A stretch of DNA of 64,000 nt from the human T2T-CHM13v2.0 reference genome, Homo sapiens (GCF_009914755.1 NC_060948.1), one strand, 5' to 3'; shown: positions 42,650 through 58,961, numbered from the stretch's first letter. The notes: generated by a model from the letters alone, not told the origin. Numbers and translations: made by a program.

Positions 42650-43900
42650 TGGGTGTCAGATGGACCATGTTAATTGACATTTTATTTCTTAAGCATTTAG
42701 AGTATTACAATAATTGATCCCGTATTAGGCCATAAAAAAACCCTCCGCAAATATCAAAGAAAAGGTATCATGGAGATCATATGTTCTGTCTAACTTTTAA
42801 TTCATACTATTTTGACATTAGTTTACTGTAACTTATAAATAATAAAAAGAAAGTAGGAAATGAATTCCCACATACTAAATATAAATATGAATGTGCTTAG
42901 GTAAACAACTCATGGATTGCAGATGAAATCATGTAGAATTTGAAAGTATTAATAGAACTAAATAATAATGGATATACTACATAGAGAAATACTATGTTAA
43001 GTAAAATTGGTTCACTGGAGGGATTATATCCTTAGAAATTTTAAGCAAAAAACAAAGCAATTCAAAAGTGATCATCCAAGTGCTCACATAAAAACAATAA
43101 AAGGGGCCGGGTGTGGTGGCTCACACCTGTAATCCTCGCACTTTGGGAGATTGAAACCAGTGGATCACCAGAGTTCAGGAGTTGGTGACCAGACTAGACA
43201 ACCTGGTGAAATTTGATCTCCATAAAACATACTTTTTTTTTCTTTTTTTTTTTTTATTTTGTCATTCTGGCATCCACCTGTAGTCCCAGCTACTCAGGAA
43301 GTTGAAGTGAGAGGATTGCTTGAACCTGGGAGTCAGAGGTTGCAGTAAGCCCTGGTCACACCTCTGCACTCCAGGCTGGGTGACAGAACTACACTCTGTA
43401 TCAAGAAACAAACAGCGACAACAACCACACACACACACACACACACACAAAAACACACAGGAAAAAGAACAATAGCATACATTACAAGAATATGAAAGGA
43501 AAGGGATAAATAAGAGAAGAAATAAAACATATAAATTATGAAAGTTTCTAATAGTACAATTGAGAAACTTAACATAACCAACAGTTGTTCTTTGAAAAAC
43601 AACTAAGAAAACACTTTGACATAGGGGCAAATGTTAAGGGAAGGTTTAAGAATTTTGTTAAGGCTGGCTTACTAAGAAGTAAAAAAGGAATGGCTAGAAG
43701 TCTTTCAACGGTTTACAGCATCAAGCCCAGATAACTTTTATAGGTGTTCAAGAAACAGATCATCCTAGGTTTATGCAACCACACACAAAAAAAGGAAATG
43801 GAAGAGTATCAACTCATATTTTAAGGCTGTCATGTCATTCTGAACACTGAAACTTGACCAAGATTTTGAAAAAGAAAAAGAAAATAAAAAATGAATCCAT
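42650..43900 (+). mobile_element. Old L1M ORF2 fragments interrupted by an Alu (43105-43410) with a (CA)n tail
   Basis: attaggccataaaaaaaacctc and gttgttctttgaaaaa L1 motifs; ggccgggtgtggtggctcac at 43105. Confidence 0.65.
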
Positions 43901-43917
43901 TTCACTTATAAATGTAC

Positions 43918-44217
43918 ACCACATGTTCTCACTCATAGATGGGAGTTGAACAATGAGAACACATGGACACAGGAAGGGGAACATCACACTCTGGGGACTG
44001 TTGTGGGGTGGCAGGAGGGGGGAGGGATAGCATTAGGAGATATACCTAATGCTAAATGACGAGTTAATGGGTGCAGCACACCAACATGGCACATGTATAC
44101 ATATGTAACAAACCTGCACATTGTGCACATGTACCCTAAAACTTAAAGTATAATAATAATGAAATGAAATAAGAATTAAAAAAAGAACCTGGGAAGAAAA
44201 AAAAATAAAAATAAAAA
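43918..44217 (+). mobile_element. 5'-truncated L1PA4/5 3' end (~300 bp)
   Basis: ctaaatgacgagttaatgg and gtaacaaacctgcac; TSD ataaatgtac/ataaatttac (43908-43917, 44218-44227). Confidence 0.9.
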
Positions 44218-44539
44218 ATAAATTTACTTTCAAATATCTAAAGACATTTTTAACAAGTTTTATGTAATGGTATATAAAAATAATAATATACCATGACCCA
44301 TTTGGGTTTGTCACTGTGCAGCAGAGATTGCTTATTAAAAAGTCTAGAAATGAAATTTATCTCAGTTTTGGATTAGGAGAGAAAATACGATCCTCTAATT
44401 GGAAAAAGAAAAGTCATTGATAATATTTAATTGTTATATCTCAAAATACACTGTAAATTGGAAATCAAATGGAACTTACTTAATGGAGTAAAAGAACATA
44501 AGAAAGAAAGAGCAAACATTGCCTTAAAAGGAAGCACAT

Positions 44540-44840
44540 TATTATTATTATTATTTACATTTATTTTCAGAGACAGTGTCTTACTTTGCTGCCCAGGCTG
44601 GAGGGCAGTGGCAAGAACTTAGCTCACCACCACAGCCTCCAACCTGTGGTCTCAAGCAATCCTTCGACTTTAGCTTCCCCGGTAGCTGGGACTATAGGAA
44701 TGCACCACCACACCTGCCTAATTTTTTTATAGAGAGGGAGTCTCATTATGGCTGGTCTTTAACTCCTAGGCTCAAGCAATCCTCCCAACTTGGCTTCCCA
44801 AAGTGCTGAGATTAGAGGTATGAGCCTCATCACACCTAGC
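44540..44840 (-). mobile_element. AluJ
   Basis: gcccaggctggagggcagtgg...ctcctagggctcaagcaatcctcc. Confidence 0.85.
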
Positions 44841-45550
44841 TACATTATCTTTAAAAATGAGATGAGGATACACACATGCCAGATGATATTTTATTCATAT
44901 GATGATATTTTGCAAGTTTGGCAAATAGAAACAAATCAGGTAACAGTCAAGCCTATGTTCTAATATGAATCCATAGTATCCCTGATGAATTCTGAGTGAG
45001 AAGAGTGAATCAGTGCAAATACTTTGGAAAACAGTTTAATATGATCTGTAAGGCTGAACATCCCCAGAGCCTGTGGCTAACCACAACACTCTTAGGTGTA
45101 TACCAAATAGAAACTGAAACATATACAGTAGACAATGGAAAAAAATGTAGAATAATGTACATAGCAGCATGGCTTTCAATACAAACTCTAGAGACCATGC
45201 AGGTCTCCTCTGATAATAGCACATGTGTCCTCACATAACAAATTTTCATGTGCCACTCATTATCACACAGCACAGCACTGTGGGAAACAGCAGTGGTTTC
45301 ACTCAGTGAAAATCATGAGGTCAACAAGATGCCAAACTGACACTTACCCTTTTTTTCTTTTGAAAATTAAAGCCAATAAAAATAAACATATGCATGTTTA
45401 AAAATACAGGCCAGTGAAACAAGGCCTCATTTTAGACAACATAAAGGAAGTAAGAATATCCCAAACATAAGATCCATGTTAGTTATGGACTGAAAATTTG
45501 TGTCACTCCCAAAACCCATATGTTGAAGTCCTAATCCCCAAGGTGATGGT

Positions 45551-46320
45551 ACAGATAATTGGAATTTAGGATGATTTGACTTATGATTATGTGAAAGTGA
45601 AACATGGCCAGGAGTAGTGGCTCACACCTCTAATCAAGCACTTTGGGAGGCTGAGATGGGTGGATCACTTGAGGTCAGGAGGTCACCACCAGATGTGCCT
45701 TTCAAGAGCTCCTGAAAGCAGCACTAAATACGGAAAGGAAAAACTGGTACCACAAACTGCAAAAACAAACCAAAATGCAAAGACCATCAACACTATGAAG
45801 GAACTGCATCAACTATGGGCAAAATAACCAGCTTGCATCATAATGACAGGATCAAATTCACACATAACAATATTAGCCTTAAATTTAAACAGGCTAAATG
45901 CCCCAATTCAAAGGCACAGACTGGCAAATTGGATAGAGTCAAGACCCATCAGTGTTCTGTATTCAGGAGACCCATCTCATGTGCAAAGACACACATAGGC
46001 TCAAAATAAAGGGATGGAGGAAGACTTATCAAGCAAATGGAAAGGAAAGAAAAGCAAGGGTTGCAATCCTAGTCTCTAATAAAACAGACTTTAAACCAAA
46101 AAGATCAAAAGAGACAAACAAGGGCATTATATAATGGTAAAGAGATCAAGGCAACAAGAAAAGCTAACTATACTAAATATATATTCAGCCAATACAGTAG
46201 CACCCAGATTCATAAAGCAAGTTCTTAGAGGCCTATAATTGCACTTTTTATTTATAATATTTTCAACTTATGATGGGTTTATTTGGCTGTAACCTCACTG
46301 TTATTCATGGAGCATCTATA
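45551..46320. mobile_element. MER47/Tigger5-like ends (45551-45606, 46240-46320) enclosing an Alu 5' fragment (45607-45681) fused to an L1PA ORF1-end/ORF2-start fragment (45682-46236)
   Basis: ttttcaacttatgatgggtttat...gagcatcta; L1 endonuclease CIQETHLMCKDTHRLKIKGW..YQANG..VAILVS. Confidence 0.7.
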
Positions 46321-46325
46321 TTAGA

Positions 46326-46327
<2 letters not shown>

Positions 46328-46375
<48 letters not shown>
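46328..46375. repeat. (GT)n(GC)n microsatellite
   Basis: Seen directly. Confidence 0.95.
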
Positions 46376-46377
<2 letters not shown>

Positions 46378-46504
46378 AAGAGGTCAAAAACTTCTCTGGC
46401 CAGACAGAATAAACAAAGGGAAGGGAAATTAAAGGCAGAAATAGAGAATAGGGTATTACTTTCCTAAAAACTATTTTCTGGGAACTATATCATAAATACC
46501 TTTT

Positions 46505-46791
46505 TATCTTTTTTTTTTTTTTTAACTTCTTGAGACAAGCCCCCACTCTGTCATCCACGTTGGAGTGCAGTGGCACAATCACAGCTCACTGTAGTCTCCA
46601 ACTCCTTGGCTCAAGTGACTACCACACCTGGCTTGCTTATTAACTTATTTATTTATTTATTTATTTATTTCTGTAGAAATGATGTCTTGCTTTGTTGTCC
46701 AGGCTGGTCTTGAACTCCTGGGCTCAAGTGATTCTTCCACCTCAGCCTCTCAAAGTGCTAGGATTATAGGCATGAGCTACCACACCTGACC
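46505..46791 (-). mobile_element. AluJ, internally deleted
   Basis: ggagtgcagtggcacaatcacagctcactgta...ctcctgggctcaagtga. Confidence 0.85.
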
Positions 46792-47376
46792 CATGTAAAA
46801 AAATTGTTAATGTAGCAATTCATTTATGTGCTGCGAACAGCAATGACATATGTTTGTATTTCAGGAATAAGGAAAGTTTTCTGGGGGAAGTCTAATGCTT
46901 TTTGTCAACTAAAGAAACATAAAGGAGAATTTTCAATTCTTAGTTCTAACACACATAATGCTTCTCAAACCCTGTATAGGGTGCCAATGCTTTTGGTACC
47001 TATCCACATTGTCTCCATTGTTCATTCTCCCAGAATAAACTTCTTCACAAAGCTTTCCTAGCAACCTGCTATGTCTGGTTTATGTTGTCACATGGATGAA
47101 CAGAATTTGATGCATCATAATATCTGAGTCATGCACACTCATTACTGGCCTTTTGATGGTGCATTTAGTTGAGCTTTGTTTAGTTACTTAATTTGGTATT
47201 GCATACAATGGAGTAAGCATCTGCAAACCACCACACAGACAAAAGTCAGTATCATGACAATACATTACTTTATTCAATGATTTCCTCAACTAACCCATAT
47301 TTTCATTCTAAGTTAATCATCATGATTGTCTTAATTCATTTGAGTTGCTATAATAAAATATTGTGGACTTGGGTGC

Positions 47377-47570
47377 TGATATTGTTTGGCTCTCTGTCCC
47401 ACCCAAATCTTATCTTGAATTGTAATCCCTACATATCAAGGGAGGGACCTGGTGGGAGGTGATTGGATCATAAGGCTGGTTTTCCCCATGCTGTTTTCCT
47501 GATAGTGAGTGAGCTTTTATGAGATCTGAGGGTTTTATAAGGGGCTCTTCCCTTTTAGCTCTCTAACACA
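47377..47570 (+). mobile_element. MST/THE1 LTR, 5' part
   Basis: tgatattgtttggctctctgtcccacccaaatcttatcttgaattgtaatccc. Confidence 0.8.
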
Positions 47571-47849
47571 CATACAGCAGCACATAGAAGATAAATACAA
47601 TTCATTTGGGCTGAATAGTAAGTCTCTTGTTTTTACTTCTATGCACATTCATGAGAAAGCTGTTTTCACAAAATTAGGTAAAGTCTACTCAATTATGTAT
47701 ATATTTGCATGTCTATATTAGTCTTCCCCCAAATAAAAAATATATAGACTTTTTTTTCTAAATCCTTTTCCAGTTCATCTGAAACCACATTTGGCTAACA
47801 TTATAACTAGAGGATTGGTGAATATTTTCTGGAAGATATGTATTTCTAC

Positions 47850-48250
47850 ATGTTTCTTTTTTACATAGACAAAGAAAATTTCATATATTTACAATGGACA
47901 GCATGGTGGTTTGAAGTAGATATACAATGCGGAATAACTGAATTTAGCTCATTAACAAATGTACTACTTCACATAGTTATGATTTTTGTGGAGAAAATTT
48001 CACATCCACCCTTTTAGCATTTTTCAAGAATACAACATACTATTACATGTAGCCACCACGTGGTGCGATGGATCTCTTGAACTCATTCCTCCTGTTTAAC
48101 TGAAATTTTGTATCCTTTGGCCAACATCTCTCCAACACCCACTGCCCTCATTAACCACCATTCTACCTCTACTTCCATGAAATAAACATTTTTAGACTCT
48201 ACCTATGAATAAGACCATATGCCATTTGTTTTTCTGTTCTTGGCTTAAAA
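47850..48250 (-). mobile_element. L1MA 3' end
   Basis: gatctcttgaactcattcctcctgtttaactgaaattttgtatcctttggccaacatctc. Confidence 0.8.
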
Positions 48251-49274
48251 TAATAGTTGCCTTAGGCTTACAAACTAAGCAACAACAATGTGAATTCTGT
48301 GTTTCCACATGTTTATTTTTGTATAAATTAAGTTAATCCCAAATGCTGAGATGATTTAATTTAAGTTAAAGTATATGAAGAAATTAGAAATCCCTTTAGT
48401 CAATATAGGTCACTGAAAGTTATTGGGATTATGGCATGTTTGTGTGTTTGTGTGTGAGTTTGTGTGCACAAGAGGCCAAGAGCTTCTCAAGTCAGAGCTC
48501 TTCTACCTATTTTTCTAATGAAAAGAACTAGTACTATTTCCAAACAACTCATATATTGAGTAAACATGGATATCTTAATATGTGGCAGTTTGAGATAAAT
48601 GAAAATATGAATCACATATATGGTCAATAAAAGCTGGTCATACATAGTTTGTTTTTGTTTTTTTAATAATCTACGTAAGTGTCTTTGTACCAAATCTTAC
48701 CTCAAGGAACACACTTTTTCTTCATGCCTCAGCTTGAACTGAGAGTTAGTTAATCTGCGCACTCTCAAATACATTGGCTTCAAGAGATAAAAAAATCATT
48801 TTAAATAGAAAATTCAGATTAGGACACTGAATATTGAAGAGGCTATTGTTGACTCCTAATACAGAAGACCAAGGCCATGCCTTCTCCTCCTTCTCTAATT
48901 CCTACCCAGCAGACCCAAGCACACAATGTCATCTGGCTGAAGGTAGAAAATTTATCATTTGCCTTCTGGAAAAGTTTTTCCCAATGTAGTGTTCACTACA
49001 CCATTTGGGGAGTTTGCTAAAATAAAGATCCTTGCATACTACAACAAGAGAATTAATTCTTTGATGGTGGGTGAGAAATGCTCCTAAAACAATCTAGTAC
49101 TTAAAAGCACTCCAGGTGAACCTCATTCAGATAAAATACATGAAGACACCCCATGCTCACAACAGAGGCTTCAGAGCTTTCAAATGCTTATACACCAAGT
49201 GATTTCAACAAGTGTATCTCATTATCCATTGACCTTGACTAATGTCTTAGAGAGTTTTGCGTTTCTGTAAAATG

Positions 49275-49640
49275 ATATCTCAGTCTGGGTAATTGATGAT
49301 AAAAAAATTTATTTAGCTCATGATACTAGTTGCTGGAAGATTGGGCACCTTGTAATGGCCTAAGACTTCTTCTGTTCATAGCAGAATGGGAGATGGTTTG
49401 TGCAGAAATCACATGGTGAGAAAGTAAGCAAGAGAGACAGCAAGTGAGCTGCCCAGCTCTTCTAAAGAACCAGCTCTTGCAGGAACTAATAGAACTCACC
49501 CATTACTGCAAGGATGGCATGAAGACATTCAAGAGGAATTCACTCCCAGGATCCAAACACCTCCAGTTAGGCTCCACCTCCAACATTGGGGATCCAATTT
49601 CAACATGAGGTTTGGGAAGATAAACATCCAAACTACAGCA
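49275..49640 (-). mobile_element. MST/MLT1A-type LTR
   Basis: atccaaacacctccagttaggctccacctccaacattgggg..caacatgaggtttgg. Confidence 0.7.
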
Positions 49641-50749
49641 ATCAACCTTCCAGAGTGGGTAGGAAGAATGGAAATGTCGAGATTGATGGGGACAACTAAT
49701 AAAATAAAGGGGTAATGTAAATGGATTCACAGGTTGGGTGGTTCTTGATCCAAGAAAAGTCTTACCTTATTTTCCCCTATGATTAGGACTAATATTGGAA
49801 AGTGCATGGTATGGAACTAGTACTCAGTGATCTGTAAAAACCTGTGCATTATCCAAGACAGAGATAAATTTTCCAGTAATTAGAAAGTCTTCTCTCATGA
49901 GCACACTTCCCCCTCAGGGGAGGTTCCTTAGGGATGCAAGTTTTGGCATGCCTTATTAGGCTAAAGTATGCCTAAATTAGGTGACCTAATTTAGGTCACC
50001 ACCATTCCAACTGATGCATATATGTGATCTAAGGTTTTGAACAGAGGTATCATCAGGGATTGTGCATTTCTTTTCTATGAAGTGACATTTCATAAGGTCT
50101 GAGGTCATTATTTTGCAATTAACTAATGCCTATTAATGCCTATGCAAGCATTTTAATTTTTACTTTGTGGTGTATGCCATTCTCTTTGGCAGACACTGAG
50201 AGAGAACAGATTTTTAAATGCTGTTTATGGTCCGATGTGCATGTGATCATTTGCATAGGCAATAATTAGCTAGTACAGAATTCTCTTGGTTTGGAGCTGC
50301 CAGGTTTTATTGTTTCTAAGTTCCACTTTTGTATAAAAATGAATGACAGCTATGCCTTTTACGGTGTAACTCCCAGGAAACACACACACCCACACACACA
50401 CTCTCTTTGACAGACAAAAATAGAAATTAAGAAACAATGTGAAAGACTAAGCATTCATCTGAAAAAAAAATGTGAGATTCTGAGATATCTCTAGAAAATA
50501 TAAAGATAGCAACTGATCCTCCATTGCCAGTCATGAGGGAAATTAATGTAATGGACTCAATAAATATAATATCACATAAACACTCCCATCCCCTACACAA
50601 CTTGGTGTTTTGTCTTTGATTCTTAAACAACAAATACAATATCATTGAAATTACTTGATGAATGAATTAGCTTATTTTAAGTTGTTACTAAGTTCTTACT
50701 GTCTTTTTAAAATGAGAGCATAGTATCTTATATATAATTTATATGGAAT

Positions 50750-51010
50750 TTATTTTCTTAGGTATCCATTAGGTTCAGAGCATAATTGAATGGATGGTCC
50801 AGAGAGATCTCATGTTCCTTCCTTCACACATGCACTGCCTCTCCCATTATCAACATCTCCCACCAGAGTGGCACATTTGGTGCAGTTGATGAAACTATGT
50901 TGACACATCATTTTCACTCAATGTCCATAGTTTACTTGAGGGTTCATCTTTGGTGTTGTACAAAATGTGGGTTTGGACCAATGTATAGTGACATGGATCC
51001 ACCATTGCAG
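50750..51010 (-). mobile_element. L1MC/MD 3' fragment
   Basis: cattatcaacatctcccaccagagtggcacattt...gtccatagtttac. Confidence 0.65.
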
Positions 51011-51729
51011 TGTCATATTTGTAGGGCCATGTAATTACAGTGTGATTATACTCTTAAGGACTTTACAGCACTTTTGTTTATGGGGATTTATTTTTCAGTT
51101 GAATTCCTACTGCTTCCAAACACAAATTATATTTGTCTTATATTCTATCTGCAGAAGTCTCCCGGCTGCATATCAAAAGCTCCCCAAACTGTGCTCTTCA
51201 TCTTCATTTTGTTTTTTTAAGCTAGAAAACAGCATCACCCCCTTCAGAATCATCTAACAATGGAGATATCTGCCCAAGAATACTTTTTGTGTCAAACACC
51301 AAATAAAAAATGTAGCAGTTTACTCTGATGCAGTGATAATGTATTAAGGGGTAGAATTATGAAAATAAAATTTGCTATAGGAGAAAATGATGCTTCCACT
51401 CTTAAGGCAAAATTTTGACCCAATTAGGCAAATTAAAAGCACCATTCATGTCTCAATTAATTCTCAATCTTAGCAGCGGGCTTCTTGGTTTTCACAACTT
51501 AACAATTGCTTAGGTTAAAATAATGTAAACCCTATCAAACAAGAGTCTCTGGAATATACAGAATTACTAAATGCTAGGCACTACTTTTTTCATAAATGAA
51601 CAATTTTCATTGATAATTTATAGAAAACTCCCTTGAAGTGGTAGAATTTTGAACATGTTCAGAAGATAGAAGGGTACAGATGCTGCCTGCTTTAAAATTG
51701 TCAAAATAATCAATATTAAGAACCTCAAG

Positions 51730-51902
51730 GGCCTAGTTCACATCTGTAATCCCAACACTTTGGGAGACCGACTGGAAGGATCATTTGAACCCAGGAGTTG
51801 AAGACCAGCCTGGTCAACAGAGGGAGACCCCCCACCTCTGCACACACACACAAACACACACGCACTCACACACACACACACTCTGTCTGTCTCTCTCTCT
51901 CT
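51730..51902 (+). mobile_element. Alu monomer/FLAM with (CA)n(CT)n tail
   Basis: tgtaatcccaacactttgggag...gaccagcctggtcaaca. Confidence 0.75.
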
Positions 51903-52949
51903 GCCCCCTTAAAACATAGACTATTAATGTAAATTTCCTCATGCCTCTTAAGTCAGCTACATATCAAAATTGTGTGGATAATAGCAAGAAAGGGAGATTG
52001 GCAATGTAACATTTAAAAAATGTTAAATGTCTGAATTGCACATTAAATGTCTACAGGCACATCTTATCATATACCTATTTCTATTTGTGATTGAATAGGA
52101 CTTTGGATAGGAAGAAAATCAATTAGTAATTCTAAGCAGAAAATGAGGTTTGATTTACAACATGAACATCAATTCTTGGCACAGCCTGCAACTCTTAATG
52201 TTTATTTAAATTGAAATTGATCTGCCTTTCTTAAAGACTGTAATTTGAAACACATTACAACCAATTATCCTGGAATGAAATTATTTAAAATGTACCCAGG
52301 ACAAACTACATTTGTTAATAAGTACCCAGTTCATTTGCTGATGTAGACAATAACAATTTTTGAAGGTGTTTGTAGAATTAACAATACATATTTAACAGAA
52401 TTCTATTGGATTTATGGTGAAAGCAGATACTGTAGTGCCTCCTTTGTGGCATTTTTGCTTTAAATTATTAAGGAGACTTAAATTGTTGCAGATCAATGTT
52501 GCCAGATACAAAAATAAGACTTGATTAGATACCAAGAAATAATCTTGAAAATGTATTGGAGACAGAGCAAGGATTTACTGGACACTCTTCCAGGCACAAG
52601 TACTTCTGAACATTAACTAATATTTCTGGGTCTTAGGCTTCCATGTCTTTCAGAATGAAACTGTTGACCCTCTCAAATGAAGAGTCATTATCTGCAGTGG
52701 TTCTGCTGTCACCTTGATTTGAGTTTGAAAATGCAGGCTGCCATTGCAAGTCCATGCCTCAATATGTCCTGAAGAGAGAATGCATTGGTCCTATCAAGGA
52801 AAATAGGTGCCTAGGAGGAAATCAACATGGTGGGAAAAAGTTTCAAAAGACTTGTGTCATGAGGGCTTCTTATTCAGTAAAGCTCCATTGTCCCTGGTCC
52901 AGCAGAATTCAATTTCCAGAAAATAGAGAGAATGGATTTCATTTTCTTC

Positions 52950-53230
52950 ATTTTTTTTTATTTTATACTTTTATGTTAGATTCAGAGAACATATGTGTAA
53001 TTTTGTAACCTAGGTATATCACGTAATGCTGAGGTTTGGCATACAGTTGATCCCATGACACAGGTACTGAGCATAGTACCCAACAGTTAGTAGCCTCTAG
53101 TAGACCCAGTGTCTACTTTTCCCATCTTTATGTCCAAGAGTATACAATGTTTAGCTGCCACTTATAAGTGAGAACATGTTATAATTGGTTTTCTGTCTTA
53201 ATTTGCTGCTTAGGATAATGGTTTCCAGCT
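52950..53230 (-). mobile_element. Older L1PA (PA13-16-like) 3' end
   Basis: caggtactgagcatagtacccaacagttag..tttagctgccacttataagtgagaacatg. Confidence 0.75.
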
Positions 53231-53489
53231 CACAGTGGCTCATTCCTGTAATCCCAGGACTTTGGGAGGCTGAGGACAAGATTTTGAACCCATTGTCCAC
53301 CTTGGAAATCATTTTGAAAATAAAAGACTAGCCATGGTTTCTTCTGCCTTTCATCTTCCTTAACCCATTCTTGATACCTAGTTTTTCTCTATTTATATAT
53401 GATTAGCAGTGTGTGCATGTATATGCCTGTGGGTTTTGTTTTCACCTATTCCTCCAAGACCCTCTAAAATAAATTAGTGAGTTATTTTC

Positions 53490-56022
<2,533 letters not shown>

Positions 56023-57257
56023 TAAATTCATCGCACAAATTTGAGAGACTCAGCTCTATGAATAGGAATCAGAATTTACTCAGGGAAGACAAAAAAAAAA
56101 AGGATCTATGCCAAGAGATTTCTGGGACCAAGTTTTCTGCTTTCTAAACAACATTAATATTTTCAGCAAATATGATTTGGATTTAAAGTGGTCCTTCAGT
56201 CATAAAAAATGAAATCTATGAACTACTTTGGACACAGCTTGGATAAACTTGATTTCCTGAAAAATTTTACCATCTGTCAAGAAGCTGTCAACATTGACCT
56301 GAATTATTCATTTTCATTCAGTTACAGAGTAGTTTTTACACAGAAGTCTTTGAGATTGTTTCTGATTTACCCAGAATTGTGGGACAAATCCTCTCAGATC
56401 CCTTACTACAGCCCTGATAAGTAGCCATAAAAGGAATATGCTCCATTAGATCTGAAGCTCAGAAAAGTCTGATGCCACATATATCTAAGGCTGTCTATGC
56501 TACCTTGTACCACATCTGAGGTGTCTGCCCAACAAGCATCCACATAGTTTCCCAAAATGGTTTTATTTCAAAAAAGATGATTATACAGTTCTGCATATAT
56601 TGAAAAGAGTCATCAATATCAGGGTCCTCCATGGAAAAGAGATACTTTGTTAACTGAATAGAGATGAACAGCACAACTCAGTGCTGTGGCTTTTTGACAG
56701 ATGACAAAATGTACCAGAAAACCAAGTCTAACATGTTAAACAACATTGATATTTGTGAAATAAACTATCTTTATCTAAAATTCTATTAAGGAGGCAAAGA
56801 AACATGAATGAGGAAAGTCATAGAAATAATCTATATGGCATCAAAGCATTATGAAAAATGAATGTGTGGGATGATACAGCCACAGAGAGTTGGGTCGATC
56901 TGGCAGTGTGTTCTGTTAGAAATATGTGGGAGAGGATATTGCATTACAGTCTTTCTAGGCAGTAACACTTGATGTAAACCCATGATAGTATCTTCCTGTC
57001 ATGGGTTGTTTTCCCTGTCATAAAACCTGACAGGGTGTGTGTTTATGTGTATGATCTGCCATTCTGTTTGGGTAAAGACCTATTCCTTCACACCAATTCA
57101 ACTGTGGCAGTCATTGTCTAATAAATGCATTAGGAAAAAAAATCCTCACCATGCCTCATGAATTTAGATGCTCTGAGAAGCACATAATGCTCAAAAGATG
57201 TAATCTTCTTGAGGGCACCCAGAGATTTCAGGAAACACAAGAAATAGCAAATTAGGT

Positions 57258-57742
57258 TGCAGCAGGAAAATTAAGGAATCAGAGAGACTGAGGGGTCGAG
57301 GAGGAATTATTTAATTATTTAGGTGCACTGACCCAGTCAGATTCACATTCAAAGGACTGAGACCCAAACAAAGAGTCAAGATACCTTTTAAGCATTTCTT
57401 GGGGCAGGGGGAGAGCTGTGCAGGGAGAAGCATATTACAGAAGTGAGAAACAAAGGCAGTTATTCAGTTAAGACATTTATTACATTATTTCTTACTTTTC
57501 AAGGAACAGCATGTTTTATGACTTGAGATTATCTGTTTAGTAACCTTGCAGCTGCACAGCTAGAGAAACAGTCTTCACAATGCCTGGGAAAGGGACAGAT
57601 AAGGCTCACTAGCCACAGAAAAACAAGCAGTTAATTTTTAAAGGACTTCAGCTCTTCCTCTTCCTCAGGGGGAATTGGTTTTTCTTACATACAACTGAGT
57701 TTTTGCTTACACAGTTTTAAATTTCTTTTAATTCCTGTTCCA
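57258..57742 (-). mobile_element. LTR15-type ERV1 solo LTR
   Basis: Minus strand starts TGGAACAGGAATTAAAAGAAAT; TG...CA; TSD aggt/gggt. Confidence 0.72.
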
Positions 57743-57789
57743 GGGTGACAGCTTAATTCCCATGAGTTGAAAGATTTATTTAAGTTATT

Positions 57790-57836
57790 TTGTTGATGTC
57801 ACAAAAGTCATTGCGGTTTTTGCCATTACTTTCAAT
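57790..57836. mobile_element. MADE1 (Hsmar1 MITE) fragment
   Basis: caaaagtcattgcggtttttgccattactttcaat. Confidence 0.8.
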
Positions 57837-58244
57837 ATAATGTATATATGCTTATGCGTACTCTAATATGTAAATGTCCACATACTTATATATACTTATG
57901 TGTATAGCAATGACTGATATAAAATGTACACCTACTTACAGGTATAACAATGACTGTATTTAGTATGAGGATTTCTCAGGAAGACCACACATATAGGAAA
58001 TAGGAAACAGGTAGAAAGAACCCAGACCTCGGAGGAGTCACCAGAATGCAGGGCACTATAGGAAGTTCTGTTAAGTGTGAAGAAGCAAGGCACTGCAAAC
58101 AGAAAAAGGGAAAAAAAGAGAGGGCAGATTAGTAGGTATGAAAGCCTGGGCTATTACAAGAAAAGAATATGGACTTATGGATACTGGATCAAACTCATTC
58201 ACTTCTATGAGTGAATTAGATTAACAATGTTGGGTTTTGTTGAC

Positions 58245-58472
58245 TACAGGTGAGAACAGAGAATATGCAAATTTTTCTTCAAAACTGGACACCTGTGGAC
58301 CCAAAGAAGAGAACAAACAAGCACTGGGATCAGTTTAGGGTAGAGGGAGGAGAATGAGGAACAAAAAGCTTATTGGGTTGTGCTTATTTAGGTGGTGAAA
58401 TAACTCATACACCAAACCCCATGACATGCAATTTACCTTTGTAACAAACCTAACAAAAGGGTTTAAAAAAAA
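58245..58472 (+). mobile_element. Older L1P 3' end fragment
   Basis: acaccaaaccccatgacatgcaatttacctttgtaacaaacct. Confidence 0.65.
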
Positions 58473-58898
58473 ATGAAGAGTCTGAAGGCTAACATCTATA
58501 CCCAGTAGATGGAAAATGGTATAAAATGGAAAATAGTATAAAATCTTCCAACAGCTAAATGCAATACCACACCAGAAAGTCTAAATAAGAATTCTATCAC
58601 ACAGATAAGAGAATCTCAACTAAGTGATGAACACATACATAACATCAACAACTAAGCATTACTGATGAATTCAAGAGCCATAAATCAAATGGATGAGTGT
58701 GTCTTCAAAATCAATGAACATTTGAAAATAATGCCTACTTTATTATATAAATTATACATTTGGTAATCCAAAGACTCCATCTAAGTGAAGAGGTGATCAA
58801 GGAAACAGAAAAAGATATTTAATTAAGTATATTTAACATATTCAAATATATAAATAAGAGTACTGGGTCTTTATAACAACAGTCGATGATCATAGAAA

Positions 58899-58926
58899 GC
58901 CTGAGCAACAGAGCGAGACTCCATCT

Positions 58927-58961
<35 letters not shown>
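58899..58961 (+). mobile_element. Last ~29 bp of an Alu plus pure A34
   Basis: agcctgagcaacagagcgagactccatctc(A)34. Confidence 0.85.

Noticed and set aside
41335-49770. Consensus minus-strand splice donors (CAG|GTAAGG ~41345, GAG|GTAAGA ~48700, AAG|GTAAGA ~49765)
   Set aside because: Expected by chance in 64 kb; cannot be linked into a gene model without transcript data
57258-57742. Link of the LTR15 to the HERV15 pair that mediates AZFa deletions
   Set aside because: This is a solo LTR, not a provirus, and the chromosomal location is not established
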